Assembly (NCBI GenBank): GCA_047967505.1
Contig: CM106538.1
DNA: 64,000 bases
Direction: 5' to 3' (one strand)
From: Dipteris shenzhenensis
Lineage: Eukaryota
Part shown: piece after piece, positions 52,173 to 64,000 of the stretch
Layout of the letters: each line of letters begins with the position of its first letter
Numbering within the stretch: the stretch's first letter is position 1
Translations under genes and position numbers: made by a program
The notes under the pieces: model-generated
Database searches by the model: none
Told to the model about the DNA's origin: nothing
The model's input: the letters and a program-made list of their open reading frames with translations, nothing else

Positions 52173-53070
52173 TTTTTTTATAAAAGGATCAATGTTTGTA
52201 TTATATTTGTTTGGACTTCATGTAAATGATCAAAAAGAAATAAAGGTCAAGGTCCTTGGTGTGGGTGACATGGCACTAGACTAGGTGGATCTAAGGCTAA
52301 GGGACCTAAATGCATGAAATGTGCCTAGGGGCAAATGTTCAAAGATATCCCAAGAGAGGGGTAAATAATGCATTAAGGAAGGACCCTAAATTGAAGACAT
52401 GTGGCATACTAGATCCATCTAGGGAGTTTGGGGCTCGTTGGAATTAAGCAAGCAGAAAGCTTTCGCGAAATGATTATTCTGGATTGAGCAGAGAATCTTG
52501 CTACCAACGACGAAGGCTAGGAGGATAGACTAAGTGCCTTTGCCCGTGATTCAACGTAAAGCTCGGAAGAAATCAGATTGGGATGTTTCACTATGCAAGC
52601 CTATAACAGTAGACACCCAACATTTGGGGAGAATGTAGTCAGGCCAATGCTTGTAATGCAGTCCAGCCATGCTATACCACTCCCTTGCATGTAGCCAAAC
52701 CATGCTTTAGAGCCATGGGTTATGCCTTTGGATGCAGGACAAACCTATGGTCGTTCTCAAGTGATTCCAACTGCAAATACTAAAGGATATTGTGGGGAGA
52801 AGTGTTCTAATGAAAATAGCAGCTTAAATGGCTATGAACAGCAACAACCAAAAGCTGTCATTTCGGGAGCACCCAAGGGTGAACGTCCTAGCTTTGCAAT
52901 GCCAAGCTTGATGGCACAAGGGCTAAATTCATGGATGCTTCATAGGTGATACTTCAAAGCACGACCCAAGATGAGGTAGAGAAGCAAATGAGCCACCCTT
53001 GGCAAAACCTTCCATGACTATCAAGTTAGTCAAACTGTAAGTTCAAGTCATCCAATGCATTTTTCATCTT

Positions 53071-53314
53071 CTAGAACACACTAGAGCTCACAATATTGTC
53101 AACTTCTATCACTTTCTTCCTGACCATGCCTCTAGAACACACTAGAGCTCACAATATTGCCAACTTTGGTCACTTTGTTCCTTACCATGCCTCTACAACA
53201 CACTAGAGCTCACAATATTGCAAGCTTGTGTCACTTTCTTCCTGGCGATGCCTGTAGAACACACTAGAGCTCACAGCATTGCCACCTTGTGTCACTGTGC
53301 TCCAGACCATGCCT
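53071..53314. repeat. Minisatellite, four 61-bp units
   Basis: TA.AACACACTAGAGCTCACA units at 53071, 53132, 53193, 53254. Confidence 0.93.
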
Positions 53315-55253
53315 GTTGGGAAAACAATAGCTGTAGGAGAGGAAAGAGCACTTGTATCCTATATGAGAAGGAAAAGAAAGAGGGAAAAAGTGCCTGTAGG
53401 AGGGCAAAGAGTTGCTGTAGCAGAAGAAAAAGCACCTGTAGGAGGGAAAAGGGCACCTGTACCAAAAGGAGAAGTGCCTACAAAAGGGAAAGAGAACGTG
53501 TAGGATATGGCGGCTAAGCAAGAGGCCATAGAGCAAGAGAGGGCAGATCAAGAGAGGAAAGAAAGAGAGGGTAGATCAAGAGAGGAAAGAGAAGGCGGAG
53601 GTAGAGCATGAGGGGATAGAGCAAGAGGAGGCACAGAAACAGTGAGAAGAGCAGGAGACTGAAATACCAGTGAAGTAGGACTACAATTTCCTTGGTTTAG
53701 GACCAAAATAGTGCTAAAATGGCTCCAACAACCCATCGTTGTGGTTGCATGGAGATACATCTAGAAAAATATAATTAAGTCTTTACACCTTTAGAAACCA
53801 TGAAACCCTAAATGCATGTGCTACTATGGACCTGAGAAGTGAATCAACCAAGCTTTAGTTTACTAGCTCGATTGTGATCTTTAAGATAATGCACTTGTGT
53901 TATAGCTCTATATCTTGTTTAGAATATAAAGTTGTCTAACTTAATAATTTCTCCATATTTCATTACCTTGTGATCACGCATGCATTTTGTGGCCGTGCTT
54001 TTTATAATGCCTAGTGGCACAAACATAACATTTGTATGAGGTCCTAAGGATGTGACTTCTAGAGTAGGTTTCTTATTGATTTTATGACACATACTTGGAC
54101 ATGAAAATCCTTAGATTTCCTTTAATCCCTTTTTTTATAAGGCAAGCAATCAAGTCTTTGGGAGCACTTTGCAAAAATAAATCTATATGCAAACAACTTT
54201 AGCCATGTAGGATTTCTACATACTCTCTTCATGCATGGATTTCCACCATTTATATCCAGTGGATGTGGCTTGATGTGGTATGCTCACTCATAGAAAGTTT
54301 GCATGCATCATTAGGATCACACACATGCTACTTATCTATCCTTCCAAAAATCACAAACGTTGTTAACATATTTTGACCCTAAACTAAGTCATAACATATT
54401 TCCCTTGTGACAGGTTAATAACAACTATTATATTCATTTTTTTTGCATGACATTTCCCTAGCCCCTCCAAAGATGCTCAATTTGTGACATAATGGATCCC
54501 CCCCCCCCCCCCCCCTCCTCCTTACATGTTCATATAGTGAGTGGGGAGATAGGGTGCTCTCTATTAACTTACACTCTATATCTTACTTCTTAAAAGCAAG
54601 ATATGGAGCATAAGCTAATAGAAGGGGTTTTTAAAACTACTATATGTATGTGGTCGTTTGAATCCTGTATACATTCCTAAATGAGCATGTAAACACTTAG
54701 GAGAATGAGAATGATTTGCAAAGGTCATAGATCTTAGATCCTCATTGAAAGGTGTAGAGTTGAAACCCATTAAGATTTATAACAAACATAGGAACAAGAA
54801 TATCAAAATTATATATTGCTTTAACATGTAACCACAAATGCTAGTTAAACTTTCAATTCTAACATGTTACACTTTTGAAGTGAAGTTATTGCACAAAGTA
54901 ACCCTTTATATGCTAAATTATTCTCACAACAACAATACATGGCATGGCTCACTCGTGCTACTCAAGATTGTAAGTGACCATGAAGGACATGAGCTTTAAA
55001 TGGAAACGTAAACTTTCAATTTAAATATTAATCTTCATGTACAATTAAGGACTTATTCAAATAATGCCTTACTACTTAGGTAAATTGTAGATTTTGCTTC
55101 ATAGAACAAGTGAGTATAAGTACTTGTGATGAGCACTGTCTTCAAATTGGTTCTGTCAAAGGAAAACAATTGTCAAGATGAATGAATGATCAATTTGTAA
55201 CGCTTATGATGGAAGCCCATGTATACAAAAGTTTGAATGATTTGCAAACTCTA

Positions 55254-55265
55254 TGTGTGTGTGTG

Positions 55266-55308
<43 letters not shown>
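55254..55308. repeat. (GT)n(GA)n microsatellite
   Basis: Direct reading. Confidence 0.95.
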
Positions 55309-55312
<4 letters not shown>

Positions 55313-55904
55313 CCAAATGGCCAAATTCGCACCATGCCGGGTTTGGGCATTTTTGGACACCCCATGATGTCCTGACCAACTTTGCCATTTGCGCCGTGGT
55401 CAAATTCCTCCTACATTTGCCAAAAATGGACATCGAAATGGCCGAAGTTGTCAAACTCCTTCATCTACCCCTTCAAAATCTATATTTCTTCATAGAAAAT
55501 CATAAAGTGCATCAACCCTTTACAAGGTGATACAGTAGTTACATTAGGGGAGAATTGGGGTCTCAAAAGGGCCTCATAAGGAATGGATTAGGGAATGCTT
55601 AGGTTGCTATTTTCCATAGAGAGATCAGCCCAAGCAAACGACGTCTCCTCCCTTATCCCCTTGATCCCTTCTTTGCAGTGGTACATACATCAGCAAAAAC
55701 CTTATCCTGCATTGGTTTTGAGATTTGCACGAGGTCCTCATGAGAGTTATCTTGCACCATAGTTCTGAAGACATCCTAGCACATCATGTTCGCTTTCAAT
55801 TTAGCTCTCCTTGGAGTTCCTCCACGAAAGGGAGACCTATGTAGAATTCCACAACCCTACCCTTTTTCGAGACAAATTTCCATGGATTAAGAAACCTAGC
55901 TATC

Positions 55905-56560
55905 TCAGACGCTGGGGTTCTTTCTCCTCTCGACCATCCTGATTTGAGACCACCACCATTGGATTTTCATTGTCCCAAGAGTTACTGCGAGCGTTTGTTG
56001 TCTCCTTAGACCCACTTTCTCCCCTAGCATCCAATGTCTCGTTCTCATGCCCTCACCACTCTCTTGGGTACGAAGGATTGGATCACAAACCTCCCCATCC
56101 ACCAGGCCTCTTGCAAGCTTGGTGTTGTCAGCCTTCTTAGGAAAGTCTCGAGCAAAATGTCCAGTTCCTTTGCAAATATAACACGCATCAGGGTATGGAC
56201 CAAACCGCACCTCTTGATGAAGCTCACCACCATCTGGGAAGGCAATCCGCACGAAGTCAGGAAGGCCTTGTTTCTTATCTCACATAATTCAATCTTTTCA
56301 AATCCCGTTATCTCTTCTTGGCGAGGTAGGAACCCACAAAAATCTACCCAGTGATGACGACACAATCCGCTCCACAGATGAGCCCAACTAGGAGGGAAGC
56401 CCCAAAAACTCAACCACACCGCACAATCATGGAAGAGAAATTCATCCACACTATATGGCGGGCTCAAGGGCACCACCAGCACCATCAACTCTTCAAACAG
56501 CAAAAAACTCCCCACCAACCGATCACAGACCGCTTCTCAGACACAACGAACACAAAAAAA
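55905..56560 (-). mobile_element. L1-like LINE ORF1 remnant (DUF4283/zinc-knuckle type)
   Basis: AVWLSFWGFP followed after a frameshift by CYICKGTGHFARD. Confidence 0.65.
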
Positions 56561-56836
56561 CCCTTTCCCAATGAAGCGAGCTGAAAATTGAGAGGCAAGG
56601 ATATCACATTCGAAGAGCAAGAGCTGGCTAAGCTCCCCCAGCACCGAGACTTTTCCCATAAAGAAAAGGTATGTGTTGTCTGGCAGAGACACGTGTCGTG
56701 GGGATGTTGGAATTGTGCCGATGGGGCTCCTCACCCTCGAGCTACTACTTATGGGAGCATTGCATAGTGAAGCCTTCACTCGTGTCACTAGAGGGAGGGA
56801 AGCAGTGAGATCGATGTGCAAGATGAAATTTCGTGC

Positions 56837-57815
56837 GCAGAGAGAATTGAAGTGCATCTGAAGTGTTTTGGGGATTGTGCGTGGGGATAATGTGTAGGTG
56901 GCGAGTTGTGTAGAGACCTCCCTGACTCTTGTTGCTCCCTGTTTTCCAGTGGTCATGTCCTCTAATGAAATCTGCTTCCCTGCCTGGAGGATCTCCTGCT
57001 GAAGTTCCTGTAACTTCTTGATGTGGTCCTGCATCGATGAAGACTTCTTGGGATCCAACAACCGCATCTGGACCTCCAAGGAGACCCTCTTCGGTTCAAT
57101 TATACATGGACACTAAATGCACCCATATACTTTTGACCGCTGACATGTGCTTTACGTGATTAATCACCTTAGGAGTATAGTTAAGAAATATGAATTATCT
57201 TACCCTTGCATTGGCATGGTCCCACAGCTAGGACAGAGTCTCTGCCTCCTTCTGAGCCAGGGTGCCAAGGTCCTTTGCAAGGGGATCTGGTCGGGCAACA
57301 CCAATCAAGATGAAATCTGTTAAATCATATGACTGTAACACAAACTCCATCATCACCCACTAGACGTCGTAATTGAGCCCACACAACTATCGATCAACTG
57401 GGAAGATGGGCAACACTAGAATTTTTGTCTTATTCTCTACCATCTTGGACAAAGTTGCCATGTCGGAGTGAAGAGGTGACCTGAAAGAGAAGGTGGATGG
57501 GATAGAATGGGACTGAGGGTTGAAGAAAGGAGAGGGCTGAAGAAGAGGATGAACGGGCTGGCAGCCCAATGTACCTTCACACCTCGCTTTCCGTCCCTTG
57601 GGAACACCTCTTCTCTGATTTGAAAACACCCTTCAAAGTCACCCTTCGCTAGTCACCTGAACATTCTACTCCTCGAACATGTTTCTCCTCAAAGACACCT
57701 CTGAACAACACCCTATTCCTCCTCTCAATGTGTTGGCTCAACACTCCCTTCGCTCCTCGCGTCTCAAGCCAACCATGGCTTTGATATCATGTGAGAAATG
57801 CAATGGAAATGAATG

Positions 57816-57858
<43 letters not shown>

Positions 57859-58369
57859 ACCTCATACACACACCAAACTGAGAAGGAGAGAAAGGAGAGA
57901 AAGGCAAAGGAGAACTGCAAGTGATCTTTGGAGAAAACCCCCTAGCCCCCCCCAATCGGTCAGCCTGTTAGGGCACTGACCAACTGCACATAAGGGGCTG
58001 ACCCCACTGCTGTATGTGGGCTGACCCACCTCTTGGGCTGCCCACAGCCTTATAAGAGGGGCTGGTAACAGCCCTACTGCTCCCTAAACTAGGGCCGGCC
58101 AAGCTGCCTCTGCCCCCATATAAGGGGCCCGCCTCTACTTGCATGTGAAGGCTGGTGGGCAACATCCCTTTAGGGCCGACCTGCCCCTACTCTACATAGA
58201 GGTTGCTATGCAGCTCTATAAGGGGGCTGCCTCCCCCCACCTAATGGCTGGCCAGGCCTGGTGATAGGGCCGTCCCAACACCCTATACGAGGGGCTGTTG
58301 GGGCCTAGTCTCTTGCCCCAAAGGCACCTGCTAGCATAAGTAGATCTACCCTCATGGGATCGGGCACAC
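56837..58369 (+). repeat. Direct duplication copy 1; contains a minus-strand copia gag fragment, (GA)n and a GC-rich short-repeat block
   Basis: Near identical to 62488-64000; SMQDHIKKLQELQQEILQAGKQISLED. Confidence 0.95.
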
Positions 58370-58619
58370 CCACAACAAAATCCCTCTCTCTGTCTATGCT
58401 AGCCATACTCACTAGGTGGGCACACCCACAAGCAAGGCCCTCTCTTTCTATGGTGACATGAAGAGATGTTGACCTCTAACAATACCATATCTATTACAAA
58501 GAGTACTTAGAGATGGATTTGACTATGGGATGCGGGCTACCTTGAGGAGTCTAGCCCAAGGAATGTAATCATGGAATGAAGAGACAAGGAAGAGACACAT
58601 CATGCCACATATTTTTTAG

Positions 58620-59060
58620 AGAAATCCAACCAAACTATGATAGTTGTTTCTATATGCTTGAGCTAACCTCAAATGAACATCTACCTATGACATTTTATGC
58701 TACCAAAATATGACTAGCAAGCCATCATGGTTCCTCATCCCACAAGGCTATCTACAGAAATCCGACCAAACTATGATAGTTGTTTCTATATGCTTGAGCT
58801 AACCTCAAATGAACGTCTATCTACGACATTTTATGCTCCCAAAATATGACCAGCAAGCCATCATGGTTCCTCATCCCACAAGGCTATCTAGTTGAGCCTA
58901 TACTATCCTCAAACCAATACTTTTAGACACAAACACGATACCATAGCATGGCATTTCAGGTACAAAATATGGTTCCTCCCTTTTCTTATAAAATAATGCT
59001 ATGGATGTGGAGCATTGATTCAACACTGGTGCCTAATGGTGTGTGTAAAGATTTCATGTG
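58620..59060 (-). repeat. Inverted copy of the 23261-23673 repeat with ~118-bp tandem units
   Basis: Reverse-complement match read by eye. Confidence 0.9.
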
Positions 59061-60224
59061 CACACCTTTCTTGCTTGCCAAATTCTTGTATAATTATCTC
59101 CAATAACATAGTCAACCTTAAGCACATACTGTTCTGAGCTTATTATGTTGATACAAACTCTCTTCCAAGTGTGTTATATCAACAAGAATAGAACAATATC
59201 ATGTAAGGTGAAAAAATTTAACTCTATATTCAATTGCAAATGCTAGAGTTGCATTAGTATATGACTATTCTTGCAATTTTAATGAGATGCCTCATAAGTA
59301 AATTGTTATAGATAGACATTATAATATCACATCCATTGCACACATGAATATCATCAAACCCTTACTGAAGTGGGCATGCAACAAACATCTTTTGTCATGC
59401 ATGACAACAATGCACATACATGTGACATTAGCAAGGCACTTGATTTTACATGCTCAAAGACACCATCAAATGCATGCTGCCCATACTATGCCCTCATTCC
59501 AGCTTACTAGTAGGGGGTTGGCTAGATATAGCCACCTTTAGGATAGGGCAGCCTGCCCTTGATAAAGGGCAGGCTCAAGCTTCCCTCCTCTAACATCAAT
59601 TGAAGCCAACTATCGGCACACATGATGCCAACAGAGGAGGGTTTTCAGGCAAAAAGAGCTGCTCAAATGTACTGCACATTGAGGATGCTATCTTCAGCAA
59701 TTGTTCCACCATATCTAGGTTGGATATTGCCTAACTTTCAAGCCATTTTGTGCTATTGTTTAGTGACTATTTCTTGGTCTAATAATTTAATGATTTCAAT
59801 CATTCCTGGCAAAGGCTATGCCACTGTCCAAAGCTAAATGTCTCCAAAGATGTGCAAGTGTCACCATTATCTAAAGCTAAATGTCTCCAAAGATCAAATG
59901 CTCACTAGCATATCTCCTAGCTGATCACCTTGAAAGATCCTGATATAATTCTGCTTAAAGTCCCAAACACCCATCATCCATATAAAACTGCAAATGGAAA
60001 CAACCATATGCCTAAACAGATGATTCACTTATTTACAATCATAGCATGTCTGTTCTGAGTATCCCAAAGAAGCTTACATGTAAAAGATACCACATCTTTA
60101 TAGAACGATCATATCGTAGATTTGTTACTTACATCCTTCCTGCAACTTCGAAAAAAAACTAATCACATGTCATATAAATGCCAACAAATGCACTTCCAAA
60201 CACAACAGACAAATTGAGTAAAAC

Positions 60225-61064
60225 TCACACCCAAGACAACCACTTGGCAGTGGATGCTTGGGACGCAGCACTTCTATCCCCAGCAGCAGCCTCTTTCTTG
60301 GATATGTAACGTGCCAAGAAAGGAATCACGCATGCTCCAAGCAATAGGAAGGCCCCCAACTCGGGCACCTTTCGGTGAAACAGTTTCTCGTACGCAGCTT
60401 TCACTTTCTTGAGGCGATCGGCTTCATGAGGATACCCATCCCGCCAAATGCCCGCCCCAGTGGTCACATCGAATGCGCAGCTGGTACAGTGAGTGCCACT
60501 CTTGAAGCGATCCAAGGTCTGCTGACGAAGTGTTGACTGCAAGGCCTGCCTCTGGAAGCCCCCCAACAAAGTGTTGCATGATGTCCTTGTACATATTTAA
60601 GAGTGGCTTGGCAAGAGCCTTGGCAGTGACCTCCATGTACTTTTGAGCTTTCTGTGTGTCATAGTATTCGCTGAAATGGGTCACAAAATCAAACAAAGCA
60701 GCAGCGAAGGTAATCATCCCGATTTTGCCGCACACCTTGGACAGATCTCCCGTGGTCTTGGTGATCATCGTGTCGACTTGTTTACGTTGAAAATCCTTCA
60801 CAATTTGGCCAAATTGGACAAGAACTGGCTGCGCTAAGGACTTTACTTTGTGGGAATAATCTTTTGCGATGTCGCTCTCGAGGGCTTTGAGGCATTCATA
60901 CACCAAGATGAGAGAGGACGTGCCCAAACTGTCCAGTTCTTCTAGCACCGCAAGCTTCTCTGACTGCTCCTTCAGATTCTATGCAACCTCCTCCACGCAA
61001 CCTCCTCTATCTTCTCTGTCTGCCTCTAAGATCTCTCGGCGAAAAGCACGTCTCCCTCCTTCAT
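60225..61064 (-). pseudogene. Broken inverted paralog of the 61315-62172 gene
   Basis: Near-identical peptides (LEELDSLGTSS..; DGYPHEADRLKK..KWLSWV); 8-bp indel near 60455; in-frame TAG at ~60980. Confidence 0.85.
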
Positions 61065-61314
61065 AGCTTTTTCGGTGACAAGCATTCTGTCCTCATATCT
61101 CACCAATGGCTGTCGTGGCATCACCATTGTCACCACAAAAGGGATTCCTGTTCGATGGCCCACCGTTGCCCATGAGCGCAGCCCAGCTTTTCCAAACGGC
61201 GCGCACGGAAGGAACCAAGATTTTGAAAGGACAAGTGTGCGACCCGGAAGACACCCCTTCACCACACTCGATGTATGTTTCTCAACGAAAAAGCATGGAG
61301 AAGAGTTGGAAAGC

Positions 61315-62172
61315 ATGGGTCAATCTGGCGACATGGACGGTATTTTGAAGGTGCTCGATGATGGAAGGCCACTCTCACGCACGGACAAAGTGATCAAAGT
61401 GATCGCACAGAATCTGAAGGAGCAGTCAAAGAAGCTTGCGGTGCTAGAAGAACTGGACAGTTTGGGCACGTCCTCTCTCATCCTGGTGTACGAATGCCTC
61501 AAAGCCCTCGAGAGCGACATCGCAAAAGATTATTCCCACAAAGTAAAGTCCTTAGCGCAGCCAGTTCTTGTCCAATTTGGCCAAATTGTGAAGGATTTTC
61601 AACGTAAACAAGTCGACACGATGATCACCAAGACCACGGGAGATCTGTCCAAGGTGTGCGGCAAAATCGGGATGATTACCTTCGCTGCTGCTTTGTTTGA
61701 TTTTGTGACCCATTTCAGCGAATACTATGACACACAGAAAGCTCAAAAGTACACGGAGGTCACTCCCAAGGCTCTTGCCAAGCCACTCTTAAATATGTAC
61801 AAGGACATCATGCAACACTTTGTTGGGGGGCTTCCAGAGGCAGGCCTTGCAGTCAACGCTTCGTCAACAGACCTTGGATCGCTTCAAGAGTGGCACTCAC
61901 TGTACCAGCTGCGCATTCGATGTGACCACCAGGGCGGCCATTGTGCGGCATGGCAGGATGGGTATCCTCATGAAGCCGATCGCCTCAAGAAAGTGAAAGC
62001 TGCATACGAGAAACTGTTTCACCGGAAGGTGCCCGAGTTGGGGGCCTTCCCATTGCTTGGAGCATGCGTGATTCCTTTCTTGGCACGTTACATATCCAAG
62101 AAAGAGGCTGCTGCTGGGGATAGTAGTGCTGCGTCCCAAGCATCCACTGCCAAGTGGTTGTCTTGGGTGTGA
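61315..62172 (+). CDS. Intronless protein of unknown function, apparently helical (~285 aa from ATG 61315; ORF open from 61075)
   Basis: Long stop-free ORF with retained CpG unlike flanking TE DNA; AT-rich 3' UTR-like tail; no family recognised; start uncertain. Confidence 0.7.
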   Translation: MGQSGDMDGILKVLDDGRPLSRTDKVIKVIAQNLKEQSKKLAVLEELDSLGTSSLILVYECLKALESDIAKDYSHKVKSLAQPVLVQFGQIVKDFQRKQVDTMITKTTGDLSKVCGKIGMITFAAALFDFVTHFSEYYDTQKAQKYTEVTPKALAKPLLNMYKDIMQHFVGGLPEAGLAVNASSTDLGSLQEWHSLYQLRIRCDHQGGHCAAWQDGYPHEADRLKKVKAAYEKLFHRKVPELGAFPLLGACVIPFLARYISKKEAAAGDSSAASQASTAKWLSWV

Positions 62173-62487
62173 GTTTTACTCAATTTGTCTGTTGTGTTTG
62201 GAAGTGCATTTGTCGGCATTTATATGACATGTGATTAGTTTTTTTTCGAAGTTGCAGGAAGGATGTAAGTAACAAATCTACGATATGATCGTTCTATAAA
62301 GATGTGGTATCTTTTACATGTAAGCTTCTTTGGGATACTCAGAACAGACATGCTATGATTGTAAATAAGTGAATCATCTGTTTAGGCATATGGTTGTTTC
62401 CATTTGCAGTTTTATATGGATGATGGGTGTTTGGGACTTTAAGCAGAATTATATCAGGATCTTTCAAGGTGATCAGCTAGGAGATAT

Positions 62488-64000
62488 GCAGAGAGAATTG
62501 AAGTGCATCTGAAGTGTTTTGGGGATTGTGCGTGGGGATAATGTGTAGGTGGCGAGTTGTGTAGAGACCTCCCTAACTCTTGTTGCTCCCTGTTTTCCAG
62601 CGGTCATGTCCTCTAATGAAATCTGCTTCCCTGCCTGGAGGATCTCCTGCTGAAGTTCCTGTAACTTCTTGATGTGGTCCTGCATCGATGAAGACTTCTT
62701 GGGATCCAACAACCGCATCTGGACCTCCAGTGAGACCCTCTTCGGTTCAATTATACATGGACACTAAATGCACCCATATACTTTTGCCCGCTGACATGTG
62801 CTTTACGTGATTAATCACCTTAGGAGTATAGTTAAGAAATATGAATTATCTTACCCTTGCATTGGCATGGTCCCACAGCTAGGATAGAGTCTCTGCCTCC
62901 TTCTGAGCCAGGGTGCCAAGGTCCTTTGCAAGGGGATCTGGTCGGGCAACACCAATCAAGATGAAATCTGTTAAATCAAATGACTGTAACACAAACTCCA
63001 TCATCACCCACTAGACGCTGTAATTGAGCCCATCCAACTATCAATCAACTGGGAAGATGGGCAACACTAGAATTTTTGTCTTATTCTCTACCATCTTGGA
63101 CAGAGTTGCCATGTCGGAGTGAAGAGGTGACCTGAAAGAGAAGGTGGATGGGATAGAATGGGACTGAGGGTTGAAGAAAGGAGAGGGCTGAAGAAGAGGA
63201 TGAAGGGGCTGGCAGCCCAATGTACCTTCACACCTCGCTTTCCGTCCCTTGGGAACACCTCTTCTCTGATTTGAAAACACCCTTCAAAGTCACCCTTCGC
63301 TAGTCACCTGAACATTCTACTCCTCGAACATGTTTCTCCTCAAAGACACCTCTGAACAACACCCTATTCTTCCTCTCAATGTGTTGGCTCAACACTCCCT
63401 TCGCTCCTCGCGTCTCAAGCCAACCATGGCTTTGATATCATGTGAGAAATGCAATGGAAATGAATGGAAGAGAGAGAGAGAGAGAGAGAGAGCACCTCAT
63501 ACACACACCAAACTGAGAAGGAGAGAAAGGAGAGAAAGGCAAAGGAGAACTGCAAGCGATCTTTGGAGAAAACCCCCTAGCCCCCCCCAATAGGTCAGCC
63601 TGTTAGGGCAATGACCAACTGCACATAAGGGGCTGACCCCACTGCTGTATGTGGGCTGACCCACCTCTCGGGCTGCCCACAGCCCTATAAGAGGGGCTGG
63701 TAACAGCCCTACTGCTCCCTAAACTAGGGCCGGCCAAGCTGCCTCTGCCCCCATATAAGGGGCCCGCCTCTACTTGCATGTGAAGGCTGGGCAACAGCCC
63801 TTTAGGGCCGACCTGCCCCTACTCTACATAGAGGTTGCTATGCAGCTCTATAAGGGGGCTGCCTCCCCCACCTAATGGCTGGCCAGGCCTGGTGATAGGG
63901 CCGTCCCAACACCCTATACGAGGGGCTGTTGGGGCCTAGTCTCTTGCCCCAAAGGCACCTGCTAGCACAAGTAGATCTACCCTCATGGGATCGGGCACAC
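62488..64000 (+). repeat. Direct duplication copy 2 of 56837-58369, open at window end
   Basis: Near identity; shorter (GA)n tract. Confidence 0.95.

Larger units (their letters stand above)
59908..62489. repeat. Large inverted repeat: arms ~59908-60986 and ~61403-62489, ~420-bp spacer
   Basis: GCATATCTCCTAGCTGATCACC at 59908 is the reverse complement of the sequence ending at 62489; the match persists across the arms. Confidence 0.97.

Noticed and set aside
61075-61314. GTG-initiated N-terminal extension of the 365-aa ORF
   Set aside because: Non-ATG start is unlikely here; ATG at 61315 (or the in-frame ATG just after) is more plausible
1-64000. tRNA or rRNA genes
   Set aside because: None recognised; TGGTATCAGAGC matches are retroelement primer-binding sites

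Overview
Eukaryotic, CpG-depleted, transposon-dense plant DNA; the repeat families and GT-AG introns suggest a large-genome non-seed land plant such as a fern (inference). 1-~12,000: a complex satellite-like array of three ~150-160 bp monomers that share two palindromic boxes at a fixed 34-bp spacing and are shuffled at those boxes. 12,240-17,962: a decayed spliced locus whose exons read as ParB/Srx-like domain, degenerate beta-class N4/N6 DNA-methyltransferase-like domain, FCP1/NIF HAD phosphatase and minimal SET domain. Splice phases allow these to be one ~1,500-aa protein, and the array's 24-bp palindrome also fills its introns. This array-plus-gene unit is the best candidate for an undescribed system. 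18,400-57,100: nested degraded Ty1/copia, Ty3/gypsy, CACTA and LINE remnants, microsatellites and local duplications. 59,900-62,500: an unknown intronless gene and a head-to-head broken copy forming a ~1.08-kb-arm palindrome, joined by 2-bp microhomology to a >1.5-kb direct duplication. All protein assignments are by-eye motif matches; no searches were run.
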